A stretch of DNA of 64,000 nt, taken from an uncultured Candidatus Rokubacteria bacterium. Its GTDB lineage: Bacteria; Methylomirabilota; Methylomirabilia; Rokubacteriales; CSP1-6. Within the stretch, counting starts at the first letter, position 1, and the number at the start of each line of letters is the position of its first letter. Of this stretch, positions 31,804 through 42,947 are shown one piece after another. The position numbers and the translations under genes are program-made. The notes beneath the pieces were generated by a model that worked only from the letters and a program-made list of their open reading frames with translations, searched no databases and was not told the origin of the DNA. Where the stretch lies: positions 160,001 through 224,000 of the forward strand of contig CAVVEU010000013.1 in NCBI GenBank assembly GCA_963747235.1. Reading direction: 5' to 3'.

Positions 31804-33252
31804 TCAGCGATGACCGGCCCGAAGGCGCGCCCAGCGCCGTCGGCTGGCGGCCCCCTCACGATGGCCCGGGTGCTCACGCGGCGCCTCCGGGCAGACCTCG
31901 GGAATGGTCTGGTCCAGCACCGAGACGATGCGGTCGATCTCGGGGCGGGTGAGGACGAGCGGCGGGGCCAGCACGAGGGTGTTGCCGAGGTGCGCGCCGC
32001 CGCCCGAGCGGCCCACGATCACCCCGCGCTCCTGGCAGCGGTCCACCAGCTTCTTGATCTGGGGCGCCGGCATGATCGCCTTGGACTTGCGGTCGATGAC
32101 CAGCTCGACGCCCGCGTAGAGGCCCTTGCCCCGCACGTCGCCGACCCACGGGTGGCGCATCAGGGTCTTGAGCCCGTCGAGGAGATAGGCCCCGTTCTCG
32201 GCCGAGCGCTGGACCAGCTTCTCCTCCAGCAGGATCTCGATGTTGCGCAGGGCCACCGCCGCGGCCACCGGATGGCCGCCGTAGGTGTTGACCTGGTTGA
32301 CCTGGCGATTCTCCGACGCCTCGCCGATGAACGACTTGAAGACGGAGTTGCGCACCACGGTGGCGGCCATCGGCAGGTACGCGCTCGAGATGCCCTTGGC
32401 CACCGTGACGATGTCGGGCCGGACGCCCGCGTGCTCGTGGGCGAAGAGCCGCCCGGTGCGGCCGAAGCCGTTGATGACCTCGTCCACGTGCAGGAGGATG
32501 CCGTGCTGCTTGCAGAGGTCGGCCACCGCGGGCAGGTAGCCGTCCGGCGGCACCGCCACGCCGACCGCGCTCATGACCGGCTCGATCAGGATCTCGGCCA
32601 CCGTCTGGGGCCCCTCACCCAGGACGGTCGTTTCCATGTTCTTCACGCAGGCCAGCTCGCAGCTCGTGGGCTCGAGGCCGAACGGGCAGCGGTAGCAATA
32701 GGGCGGGGCCACGTGCACGAACTCGTTGCCGGAGAGCGGCTCGAACTTCATCTTGCGGTCGCCCATGCCGCCCGCGGCCAGCGTGGCCAGCGTGGTGCCG
32801 TGGTAGCCGTAGTACCGGCTGATCGTCTTGTAGCGGTTCTGCTGCGGGTACTCGTGCCGGGCGTACTGGCGCGCGAACTTGAACGCGGCCTCGTTGGCCT
32901 CCGACCCCGAGCTGACGAAGTAGACGTGGTTGTCGCCCCCCAGCAGTCCGTTCACCTTCTCGGCCAGCGCGGCCGCGGGCAGGTTCATGGCGGTGTGCGG
33001 GTAGTAGGAGAGCTGGCGCATCTGCTCGGCGGCCACGTCGGCCAGCTCGGTGCGCCCGTAGCCGATGTTCACGCACCAGAGGCCGGCCATGCCGTCGAGG
33101 TACTCGCGGCCGTCCGCGTCCACCACCGTCGAGTCCTTGGCGGACACGATGACGAGCTGCTGCTGCTCGAGCTGCTTGTGGGGCACGATCGGGTGGATGA
33201 CGTTGTCGAGGTCTTTCCGGACGACGCTGGCGCGCTGATCGGACGTGGGCAT
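31804..33252 (-). CDS. Class III PLP aminotransferase (omega-amino acid/putrescine type)
   Basis: YLDGMAGLWCVNIGYG, SGSEANE, YHGTT, DEVINGFGRTG, VAKG; 3' end uncertain. Confidence 0.85.
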   Translation of the reverse strand: MPTSDQRASVVRKDLDNVIHPIVPHKQLEQQQLVIVSAKDSTVVDADGREYLDGMAGLWCVNIGYGRTELADVAAEQMRQLSYYPHTAMNLPAAALAEKVNGLLGGDNHVYFVSSGSEANEAAFKFARQYARHEYPQQNRYKTISRYYGYHGTTLATLAAGGMGDRKMKFEPLSGNEFVHVAPPYCYRCPFGLEPTSCELACVKNMETTVLGEGPQTVAEILIEPVMSAVGVAVPPDGYLPAVADLCKQHGILLHVDEVINGFGRTGRLFAHEHAGVRPDIVTVAKGISSAYLPMAATVVRNSVFKSFIGEASENRQVNQVNTYGGHPVAAAVALRNIEILLEEKLVQRSAENGAYLLDGLKTLMRHPWVGDVRGKGLYAGVELVIDRKSKAIMPAPQIKKLVDRCQERGVIVGRSGGGAHLGNTLVLAPPLVLTRPEIDRIVSVLDQTIPEVCPEAPREHPGHREGAASRRRWARLRAGHR

Positions 33253-33272
33253 GGGGGTCTCCTGGTTGATGC

Positions 33273-34904
33273 CTAGCTCGAGACTTCCTCGCGTCGCAGG
33301 CGGATGGGATGGAGCGCGGGCGGCTCTGCGGGGGGCCGCGGGAGGCTGGGCGCGTAGAACGAGGCCTCCTGGGCGCCGCGCAGGCACTGGCGGGTGAACT
33401 CGATCAGATGGTGGCTGACCACCGCGGCCTGGATCATCTCCTCGATCTGGCCGGCGCGCAGCGCGGGGCCGGCGACGCGCCAGAACGTCGCCCGATAGTC
33501 GCCGCGGACGCCGATCTGCCAGACGATGCGCCCGAGCAGGGCCAGGCCGGACACGATATTGGGCCAGGACGCCCGGTGCCGGCTCCGCGGGTAAGCCGGG
33601 CGCTTGGCGAAGGTGTGGACCAGGTTGTGGGCGAACCGCCGGTAGATCGCCTCCGGCGCGTAGGCCGCGGCGATGCAGCGCCGCCACATCTCGAGCACCG
33701 TCTCCTCGGGCAGCCGGAAGACCACGTTGGACTCGCGCCCGCCGTCGGCCAGAATGCGTCCTTCCTTGGCGAGCCGGTCCCACAGCGGGGTCTTGGGCAG
33801 GGCGTAGAGGATGTTGATCGTGAGCATCGGGATCTGCGAGGCCTCGATGAACTCGATGAGATGCCCCGCGGTCGCGTCGGTGTCGGTGTCGAGCCCCAGG
33901 ATGATGCCGGAGACCACCTCGAGCCCGTAGTCGTTCAGCTTGGCGACCGCGTCGAGGATCGGCATGCGGAGATTCTGGTCCTTCGACATCGAGCGGAGCG
34001 CGTCCGGCTCGGGCGTCTCGATCCCGCAGAACACCACGTTGAAGCCGGCGTCGCGCATCAGGGCGAGCACGCGCTCGTTCTTCGCGATGTTGAGCGTGGC
34101 CTCGCACGCGAACCGCACCGGGAACCGGTTGCGCCGCTGCCACTCGACCAGGTGCGGCAGCAGCTCCAGCGCGGCCTTCTGGTTCGCGATGAAGTTGTCG
34201 TCCACGAAGTAGATGGCGACCGCGCCGCCCGCCACGAGCGCGTCCAGCTCGGCCAGCACCTGCGCGGCGGACTTGAGGCGGGGATTGCGGCCGTAGAGCG
34301 CGGGGATGTCGCAGAACTCGCACGAGTAAGGGCAGCCGCTCGAGAACTGGATGCTCGAGATGAAGTACTGGCGCAGCGCGATCAGATGATAGGCGGGCAG
34401 CGGGAACTCGGTGAGCGGCAACCGGGCGTCGGTGTCGAAGCGGAGCTGCTGCGGGGGCCGGCCGGTATGCCCGTCGAGCCATTCAATGATCGCGTCGGTC
34501 GAGTCGCCCATCTCGCCCACCTGGATGAGATCCGCGTCCGGGTAGTGCTCCGGGCAGCCCGACACCGACGGGCCGCCCAGCACCACCGGCTTGCCCAGGC
34601 GGTGGACGCGCGCGATCACGTCCTCCATGAAGGGGCGCTGCACGTGCATGCCGGAGAGAAAGATCGCGTCCGCCCAGGCGAGCTCCTCCGCGGTGGCCTC
34701 GCGGTCGTTCTCGTCCACGAAGCGCACCTCCCACGACGCCGGGAGATAGGCGGCGATCACCAGCAGGCCCTGGGGCGGCATGAAGGCGCGGATGCGCCCG
34801 CCGAAGAGCGGGTAGGAGTAGTGAAACGTGCCGAAGGAGGGCGCGTAGCGCGGAGATACGCAGAGGATGCGTCGGCCGTTCCGGGGCGCGTAGCGGGTGC
34901 GCAT
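33273..34904 (-). CDS. hpnP: Hopanoid C-2 methylase HpnP (B12-dependent radical SAM)
   Basis: AFMPPQGLLVIAAYLP, SGMHVQ, QFSSGCPYSCEFCDIPALYGRNPRLK, ACEATLNIAK, VVSGIILGLDTD, ALPKTPLWDRL, IGVRGDY match the HpnP sequence as I recall it along its whole length. Confidence 0.8.
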   Translation of the reverse strand: MRTRYAPRNGRRILCVSPRYAPSFGTFHYSYPLFGGRIRAFMPPQGLLVIAAYLPASWEVRFVDENDREATAEELAWADAIFLSGMHVQRPFMEDVIARVHRLGKPVVLGGPSVSGCPEHYPDADLIQVGEMGDSTDAIIEWLDGHTGRPPQQLRFDTDARLPLTEFPLPAYHLIALRQYFISSIQFSSGCPYSCEFCDIPALYGRNPRLKSAAQVLAELDALVAGGAVAIYFVDDNFIANQKAALELLPHLVEWQRRNRFPVRFACEATLNIAKNERVLALMRDAGFNVVFCGIETPEPDALRSMSKDQNLRMPILDAVAKLNDYGLEVVSGIILGLDTDTDATAGHLIEFIEASQIPMLTINILYALPKTPLWDRLAKEGRILADGGRESNVVFRLPEETVLEMWRRCIAAAYAPEAIYRRFAHNLVHTFAKRPAYPRSRHRASWPNIVSGLALLGRIVWQIGVRGDYRATFWRVAGPALRAGQIEEMIQAAVVSHHLIEFTRQCLRGAQEASFYAPSLPRPPAEPPALHPIRLRREEVSS

Positions 34905-34954
34905 CAGGCGCGGGGCGCGGGCCGGAACGGAGACTGCCAGCGGGGCCGGTCCGC

Positions 34955-35843
34955 TCAGGCGCGGCTCGGCACGCCGGCGGGCTGCTCGACGTCGAGCGTG
35001 GTGACCCGGCGGAGCTCCCGGCGGTACTTCGCGTCGTCGAACGGCCGCGCCCGGTGCATGGTGGCCCGGTTGTCCCAGATCACGAGATCGCCCACGCGCC
35101 ACTGGTGGCGGTAGACGAACTCGGGCCGGGTCGCGTGCTCGATCAGGTCGCGTAGCAGCAGGCGGCCCTCGGGCACCGGCCAGTCGATGATCCGCGAGGC
35201 ATGGGAGGCCACGTAGAGCGAGCGGCGCTTCGAGCGCGGGATCGTCCGGACCAGGGGGTGGATCGCGCCCTTGAGCGCGTCCTGCTCGCTCTCCGAGAAC
35301 TCGAAGCCGAGCGTCTGGCGGGAGTAGGCGATCGAGTGGTGCACGCGGAGGCCCTCGAGACGCGCCTTCTCTTCGTCGGGGAGCGCGTCGTAGGCCGCGC
35401 GCATGTCCGCGTACTCGGTGTCCGCGTCCACCGGCGGGACGACCTTGGCCGAGAGCATCGAGTAGCGCCCGGCCGGGTCCTGGAAGGAGGCGTCGGTGTG
35501 CCAGAGCCGGTTGCCGAGGCCGTACATGCGCCGGCGGTTGTCGGACTTCATGATCTCGCCGTTCTCGTCGAGGTTCGAGATGTCGCCGAGCGCCTCGTTG
35601 CCGAGCCGGTTCTTCTGGAGCGCGCTGATGCCGAGCTTGGTGTGGAGCGACCCCGTCCAGCCGCTGGGCGAAGTCGAGCTGCTCGGCGTCGGTGAAGGGC
35701 TGGTCACGGAAGACGAGGACCGCGTACTCGTCCATGCCCCCGCGGATGGCGGCGAGGGTCTCCGGATCGTGGACGCGACGCAGGTCCACCGGGCTGACCT
35801 CGCCGGCGAAGTGCGGGTGAAGCTTGCGGAATGTCAGGGCCAT
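34955..35843 (-). CDS. TauD/TfdA family Fe/alpha-ketoglutarate dioxygenase (TfdA-like); frameshift near 35660
   Basis: DISNLDENG, LWHTDASF (HxD), VIWDNRATMHRARPFDD. Confidence 0.85.
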
Positions 35844-35959
35844 GCCACGCCTCCCGCCAAGAATCTAGGCCGACCGGGCCGGGGAGTCAAGCAAACGGTC
35901 GGGCCCGTCGACAAGCCGCGCGGGGCCGTGCCAAGATGCGCGCCGGGAGGCGACCTGAC

Positions 35960-36892
35960 ATGAACGTCGGATTCATCGGACTGGGACTGATGGGCGCCAG
36001 CATGGCGTCGAATCTACAAACGGCCGGCCACGCGCTCGCCGTGCACGACGTGCGGAAGGCGGCGGCCACCCCGCATCTGGCCGCGGGGGCGGTCTGGAAG
36101 GACACCCCGCGCGCGGTGGCCGAGGCCGCGGAGGTGGTGTTCACCTCGCTGCCCGGCCCGCCCGAGGTCGAGCAGGTGGCCACGGGCCCGGACGGCCTGC
36201 TCCACGGGGTGCGCGCGGGCTCGGCGGTCTTCGACCTCTCCACCAACGCGCCCGCGCTGGTGCGGCGGCTCGACGGCCTCTTCGCGGCGCGCGGAGCCCA
36301 CGTGCTCGACGCGCCGGTGAGCGGCGGCCCGACGGGCGCGAAGTCCCGTCGGCTCGCCATCTGGGTGGGCGGGGAGCGCAGCCTGTACGACCGGTACCGG
36401 CCGCTGCTCGAGGCGATGGGCGACCAGCCCTACTACGTGGGCCCGGTGGGCGCGGGCGCGGTGGCCAAGCTCGTGCACAACTGCGCCAGCTTCACGATCC
36501 GCGCGGTGCTGGCCGAGGTGTTCAGCATGGGCGTGAAGGCGGGCGTGGCCCCGGACCTGCTCTGGCAGGCGGTGCGCCAGGGCAACAGCGGCCGCCGGCG
36601 CACCTTCGACGTGCTGGCCGAGAAGTTCCTGCCGGGAGAATTCGAGCCGCCGTCCTTCGCGTTGAAGCTCGGCCACAAGGACGTCTCGCTGGCCACCGCG
36701 CTCGGCCGCGAGGTCGGCGTGCCGATGCGCCTGGCCAATCTCGCGCTCGAGGAGATCACGGAAGCGCTCGGGCGCGGCTGGGGCGACCGGGACTCGAGCA
36801 GCTTCATGCTGCTGGAGGAGGAGCGCGCGGGCGTCGAGATCAAGGTGCCCCGGGAGCGCCTCCAGCAGATCTTCGAGCAAGACGGGCGGTGA
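35960..36892 (+). CDS. 3-hydroxyisobutyrate dehydrogenase / beta-hydroxyacid dehydrogenase family
   Basis: VGFIGLGLMG, LDAPVSGG, KLVHN, FALKLGHKD. Confidence 0.9.
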   Translation: MNVGFIGLGLMGASMASNLQTAGHALAVHDVRKAAATPHLAAGAVWKDTPRAVAEAAEVVFTSLPGPPEVEQVATGPDGLLHGVRAGSAVFDLSTNAPALVRRLDGLFAARGAHVLDAPVSGGPTGAKSRRLAIWVGGERSLYDRYRPLLEAMGDQPYYVGPVGAGAVAKLVHNCASFTIRAVLAEVFSMGVKAGVAPDLLWQAVRQGNSGRRRTFDVLAEKFLPGEFEPPSFALKLGHKDVSLATALGREVGVPMRLANLALEEITEALGRGWGDRDSSSFMLLEEERAGVEIKVPRERLQQIFEQDGR

Positions 36893-37052
36893 CGCTCGCG
36901 CCGCTCGGCGCCTTCACGTTCCGGGTTGATGCATTGCTCGCGGAGGGCAACGGGAACGGAACCCAGTAAGGACACTCGCGTCCCCGTAGCGCGTGCGCCA
37001 TCGGGTTTTGTCCGTCTTGGCGGGCCCCGGCATGCTAGCGTTTAAGACAGAC

Positions 37053-38841
37053 ATGCAGGGCGCCCCGATCCGGAGTCGTGTGCCGATTCGGACGAGGGTC
37101 AACCTCGCCTTCGCGCTGGCCGTGGGAGTGCTGCTGGCCATCGCGGCCGCGTCCTACCAGAGCGTCACCAGCCTCGCCGAGACCGGGCAGTGGATCGGCC
37201 ACACCCACGAGGTGCTCGCCGCGATCGACGCGGTGGCGGCGGCCACCACCACCGCCGAGAGCCGGCACGCGCGGCTACGCGCTCACCGGCGAGGAGCGCT
37301 TCCTCGAGACCTACCGGTCGGGCGCCCGCGGTGCGGAGGCCTCGCTCGCCGCGCTCCGGCGGCTGACCGCGGACAACCCCGCGGAGCAGGCGGCGCGTGG
37401 ACCGGCTCGAGCCCCTCCTGCGCGAGCACCTGGCCGGGCGGCCGACACGGTGGCGATCCGCCGCGACCAGAGCGGCGCGGCGGCGGCGGAGCGGGTGCGG
37501 GCCGGGAGCAGCACCGGGCTCGCCGAGTCCATCCACGCGGCGATCGAGGAGATGCGCGTCGCCGAGCGGACGCTCCTGGCCGCGCGCGCGGCCGCGAGCG
37601 ACAGCCGCGCCGCCCGCACGCGGTGGATCATCGTGATCGGCAGCCTCGCGGTGGTCGTGGTCACGGTCGTGTCGAGCCTGCTCATCTCGCGCGAGATCGA
37701 GCGGCGGCGCGCGATCGACCGCGGGCTGCGCGCCTCCGAGGCGCGTTACCGGCTGCTCGTCGACCGCAACCTGGCCGCGATCGCGCGCACCCGCCGGGAC
37801 GGCGCGGTGCTCGAGCTGCAACGAGGCCATGGTCCGGCTCCTCGGCTGCGCGTCGCGGGAGGAAGTGCTCGCCATGAACGCGAGCCAGTTCTACGCCGAT
37901 CCGGCGGATCGCGAGCACCTCGTGTCGGGCTTCGCCCCGGGCGGCGGCGTGGTGGACCGGGAGGTGCGCTTTCGCCGGAAGGACGGCGAGCTGGTCTGGG
38001 TGTCCATGACCTTTCTCGAGTACGAGGACGAGGGGCAGCCGTTCTTCGAGGCGGTGATGCTCGACATCACGGACCGGAAGGCGACCAGCGCGCGGATCGA
38101 GGAGCTCAACGCGGCGCTGGCCCGGCAGAACCAGGACCTGGCCGCGGCCAACCAGGAGCTCGACGCCTTCAGCTACTCGATCTCCCACGACCTGCGGGCG
38201 CCGCTGCGGGCCATGCAGGGCTTCTCGGAGGCGCTGCTCGAGGACTACGGCGAGCGGCTCGACGCCACCGGCCACGACTACGCGCAGCGGATCGTGGCGG
38301 CGAGCCGGCAGATGGACACGCTGATCCAGGACCTGCTCGCCTACAGCCGGCTCGTCCGCGCCGAGGTCAGCCTGGATCCGGTGAGCCTCGAGACGGTGGT
38401 GGACGAGGTCGTGCGGCCGCTCGAGATGGAGGTCAAGGAGCGCGGCGGCGAGATCATCGTCGAGCGGCCGCTCGGGCGCGTGCTGGCCCACCGGACCGTG
38501 CTCGGCCAGATCGTGACCAATCTCCTGACCAACGCGCTCAAGTTCACGCGGCCCGACACGCCGCCCCGCGTCCGGGTCCGCAGCGAGCGAGCGGACGGGC
38601 GGGTGCGGCTCTGGGTGGAGGACAACGGCATCGGCATCGCGGCCGAGCATCGCGAGCGCATCTTCCGGGCCTTCGAGCGGCTGCACGGCGATCCAGCAGT
38701 ATCCGGGCACCGGGCATCGGCCTCGCCATCGTGCAGAAGGGGGCCACGCGGCTCGGGGGCCAGGCCGGCGTCGAGTCCGAGCCGGGCGCGGGCAGCCGGT
38801 TCTGGGTCGACCTGGCGGAAGCGGAGGCCGCGACGGCATGA
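37053..38841 (+). CDS. CHASE3-PAS sensor histidine kinase (frameshifted)
   Basis: TM + WIGHTHEVL..RGYALTG (CHASE3), PAS, FSYSISHDLRAPLR, NLLTNALKF, DNGIGI. Confidence 0.85.
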
Positions 38842-39293
38842 ACGCGCAGCGCGTACCCGATCCTGCTCGTCGAGGACTCGCCGGACGACGCCCTGCTCAT
38901 CCAGCGCGCCTTCCGCAAGGCCAACCTGGCCAACCCGGTCCAGCTCGTCCGCGACGGGGAGGAGGCGGTGGCCTACCTGAGCGGGGCCGCCGCCCTACGA
39001 GCGACCGGGCCCGCTTCCCTCTGCCGGTGTTCATGCTGCTGGACCTGAAGCTGCCCCGGCGCTCGGGCCTCGAGGTCCTGGCCTGGGTGCGCCAGGAGTC
39101 GGCGGTCAAGCGCCTGCCGGTGGTGGTGCTCACCTCGTCGCGGGAGTCGGTGGACGTCAACCGCGCCTACGACCTGGGCGTCAACTCGTACCTGACCAAG
39201 CCGGTCGGGTTCGAAGCGCTGATCGAGATGGTCAAGAACGTCAATCTCTACTGGCTCGTGCTGAACGAGAACCCCGAGCTGCGGCGAGGCTGA
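38838..39293 (+). CDS. Single-domain response regulator (Rcp-like); frameshifted
   Basis: [40 protein letters not shown]. Confidence 0.85.
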   Translation: MNAQRVPDPARRGLAGRRPAHPARLPQGQPGQPGPARPRRGGGGGLPERGRRPTSDRARFPLPVFMLLDLKLPRRSGLEVLAWVRQESAVKRLPVVVLTSSRESVDVNRAYDLGVNSYLTKPVGFEALIEMVKNVNLYWLVLNENPELRRG

Positions 39294-39297
39294 GCGC

Positions 39298-41211
39298 GTG
39301 GACGACCGGTTCCGCATCCTGCTGGTGGACGACAATCCGGACGACCGGATCCTCATCCGGCGGGCCCTCGTGCCGCGAGTTCCCGGAGCTGGAGATCACC
39401 GAGGTCGGCGATCCGGACGACCCTCGCGCGCGCCCTCGAGGACGGGCCCTTCGACCTGGTCATCACCGACTACGGGCTCGGCTTCACGGACGGCCTCGCG
39501 CTCCTCGACACGGCTGAAGGCCCAGTGGCCGGAGTGCCCGGTCATCCTCTGCACCGGGACCCTGAGCGAGGAGATCGCGGTGGAGGCCCTGCGGAAAGGC
39601 CTCGACGACTACGTGCTGAAGGACCCGCGCCGCTTCATGCGGCTGCCCGCCGCGGTCCGGAGCGCGGTCGACCACGCCCGGCAGCGCGCGGCGGCCCGGG
39701 CCGCCGAGCTGCGCTACCACGAGCTCTTCGACGGCGCGCCGGTCGGCCTCATCCGCTGCCTGCCCGACGGCCGCGATCCTCGCCGCCAACGCGGCGGCCG
39801 CCCGCATCACGGGCTACCCGAGCGTGGCCGCGCTGCTCGACGCGAGCGTGGCGGATCTCTACGCGGACGACGGCGACCGGGCCCGGGTGATCGCCGGCCC
39901 TCGAGCGGGGCGAGACGCTGCAGGACGTCGAGATCCAGGGACGGCGCCGGGACGGGGTGCTGATCTGGGTCACCGTGAACGTGCGGCCGGTGAAGGACGC
40001 GGCCGGCGCACGCTGCACTACGAGTGGAGCCTCGCCGACATCACCGAGCGGCGGCAGCTCGAGGCCCAGCTCCGGCAGGCCCAGAAGATGGAGGCGGTCG
40101 GGCAGCTCGCGGGCGGGGTGGCCCACGACTTCAACAACCTGCTCACCGTGATCGGCGGGCGCTGCTACCTGATGCTGGCCAAGCTCGGCCCGGACGACGC
40201 CCTGCCGCCGCGAGGTCGAGCTGGTGCGCGGCGCGGCGGAGCGGGCGGCCCGCCTGACCCACCAGCTCCTGGCCTTCAGCCGCAAGCAGGTGCTCGAGCC
40301 GCGCGTGCTCGACCTCAACGAGACGGTGACCGGCATCGAGCCGCTGCTGCGGCGGCTGATCGGCGAGGACATCGAGCTCACGGTGACGCGCGGCTCCGAG
40401 CTCGGCCGGGTCAAGGCCGACCCGGGCCAGCTCGAGCAGGTGATCCTGAACCTGGCGGTCAACGCCCGCGACGCGATGCCGCAGGGCGGCCGGCTCACCC
40501 TCGAGACCGCCAACGTCACCGTGGACGAGCGGGCCGCGCGCCGCGCCCACGATCTGGCGCCGGGCCGCTACGTCGTGCTGTCGGTGACGGACACCGGGCA
40601 CGGCATGGACGCGGCGACGCGGGCCCAGATCTTCGAGCCGTTCTTCACCACCAAGGAGGTGGGGAAGGGCACCGGGCTCGGGCTGGCGACGGTGTACGGC
40701 ATCGTCAAGCAGAGCGGCGGCTTCATCGAGGTGGAGAGCGAGCCCGGCCGGGGCGCGACCTTCAAGGTCTACCTGCCGCGGGTCGAGGAGGCGGTGGCGG
40801 TCCCCGAGCCGGCCCGGGCGTCCGGGACCCGGCTGCGCGGCTCGGAGACGGTGCTCCTGGTGGAGGACGACGAGAGCCTGCGCACGCTCGCCCGCGAGAT
40901 CCTGACCGTGCAGGGCTACACGGTGCTCGAGGCCGCGGCCCCGAGCGACGCGCTCCGGATCCACCAGAGCTCACCCGGGCCGGATCGACCTCCTGCTCAC
41001 CGACGTGGTGATGCCCGAGATGAACGGCCGGCAGCTCGCGGACCGCCTCAAGGTCGCACGCCCGGACATGGCGGTGCTCTTCATGTCGGGCTATACCGGG
41101 GCGGCGCTCGGCGAGCGCGGCGAGGTGGCCGAGTTCAGCGGGCAGCTCCTGCAGAAGCCCTTCACGCCGGACGGACTGAACCGCCGCGTCCGCGAGGTCC
41201 TGGACGCCTAG
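39298..41211 (+). CDS. REC-PAS hybrid histidine kinase/response regulator (frameshifted)
   Basis: N-terminal [41 protein letters not shown]-terminal REC (DVVMPEMNG). Confidence 0.85.
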
Positions 41212-42072
41212 CCCTTGAGGCCGCTCAGGCGCACGCCCTCGACGATGCGCCGGTTGGCGACCACGAACACTACCAACAGCGGCACCGCGCTCAGCGCGGC
41301 GCCCGCCATGATCGGCCCGTAGGACTCCGAGCTGTAGGCGCTGCGGAGCAGGGCGAGGGCGACCGGCAGCGGGAACATCTCCGGCTTGTTCACCGCGATC
41401 AGCGGCCACAGGAAGTCGTTCCACGCCGAGCGGAAGGCGAAGATGGCCAGCGCGGCGAGCACCGGCTGCGAGAGCGGGACGATGATCCGCGCAGAAGACC
41501 TGCCAGGGGCCCGCGCCGTCGATGCAGGGCGGCGTCCTCGAGCTCACGCGGCATCGTCGACGAAGAACTGGCGGAGCAGGAAGACCCCGAAGGCGAAGAT
41601 CATGGCCGCCTCCGGCACGATCAGGCCCTGGTAGGTGCTGAGCCAGCCGAGCCGCTGGGTGAGCACGTACTGCGGGACCAGCAGGACCGCGTTCGGGATC
41701 ATCAGGCTGCCCACCAGCAGGACGAAGACCAGATCGCGGCCCGGGAAGCGCATGCGGGCCAGCGGGTAGGCGGCCATCGCGCTGGTGGCGAGCACCAGGA
41801 TCACGCGAGCCCAGTGGCCACGACGAGGCTGTTGACGAAGGCGCGGCCGATGCGCGCGGTGCGGGAGCTGCCGAGCAGCACCTCGTGGTAGTGGACGCCG
41901 CGTCGGCGGCCACGGGATCCACTCGGGAGGCAGCCGGATGATGTCGGGCGCTGGCTTGAGCGAGGTCACCACCACCCACGCGATCGGCGAGAGCCAGAGC
42001 ACCGCCAGGGCGAGCAGGGCCACCGTGAGGGCCACGCTCGAGCGGTCGAGCGGTCCGGACGCCGCGGGGCAC
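41208..42072 (-). CDS. Carbohydrate ABC transporter permease (MalG-like); frameshifted
   Basis: [30 protein letters not shown]. Confidence 0.8.
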
Positions 42073-42075
42073 CGC

Positions 42076-42944
42076 TCAGTACTCCGTGTGGCCGCGCAGC
42101 AGGCGGAACTGGAGCACCGAGAAGGCGAGGATGACCGCGAACAGCACCCAGGCCATCGCGGAGGCGGCGCCGAACTGGAAGAAGTTCTGGAAGGCGGTCT
42201 CGTAGAGGTGCTGGACCACGGTGCGGGTGGCGTCGCCCGGCCCGCCGCCGGTGAGCACGAAGACCTGGCCGAAGAGCTGGAACGAGCCGATGACGTGGGT
42301 GACCACCACGAAGAGCAGCACCGGACGGAGCAGGGGCAGCGTGATCGGCCCAGAAGCTGCGCCAGCCGGAGGCGCCGTCGAGCGCGGCCGCCTCGTAGAG
42401 ATCGCGCGGGATGTCCTGCAGCCCGGCCAGGTAGATCACGAGGTAGTAGCCGGTCACCCACCAGACGGTGGTGAGGATGATCGTCCACATCGCGGTCTGC
42501 GGATCCGCGAGCCACGAGCGCGCCGGCACGCCCAGGCTCGCGCAGGTAGTAGTTGAAGGGGCCGACCACCGGATCGAGGAGCCAGAGCCACGCGAGCCCG
42601 ACCGTGACGACCGAGAGCGTGAACGGGAAGAAGAAGACGCTGCGGAGCAGGGTCCGCAGGCGGCCGCGGTTGAGCGCGAGCGCCAGGGCGAGCGGCACCG
42701 CCAGGATCGGGAGCGTGCTGGCCACCGTGTAGAACGCGGTGTTCCAGAGGCTCACGTGGAAGCGGTCGTCCTCGAGGAGCCGCGTGTAGTTGGCGAGGCC
42801 GATCCACTGCTCGGTCGCGCGGCCGAGGCGCGCGTTGGTGAAGGACAGGCGCAGCCCTTCGAGCAGCGGATAGAGGCGGTAGACCGCGAAGAGCAGGAGG
42901 CCCGGCGCCAGGAAGGCGTACGCGACGCGCGTCTGGCGCGACAC
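42076..42944 (-). CDS. Carbohydrate ABC transporter permease (MalF-like); frameshifted
   Basis: [27 protein letters not shown] (EAA loop), LTGGGPG. Confidence 0.85.
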
Positions 42945-42947
42945 GCC

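Noticed and set aside
31804-33252. Aminotransferase next to hpnP as HpnO
   Set aside because: Motifs (DGMAGLWCVNIGYG) fit omega-amino acid transaminases; I cannot support HpnO orthology.
33273-35843. 856-aa ORF looking like a dioxygenase-radical SAM fusion
   Set aside because: A frameshift in the dioxygenase runs into the hpnP frame; the dioxygenase ends at 34955 and hpnP has its own ATG at 34904.
36923-36937. Fifth sigma-54 promoter GGGTTGATGCATTGC
   Set aside because: It has GG-N10-GC but lacks the GGCA -24 context and a clear enhancer match; too weak to call.
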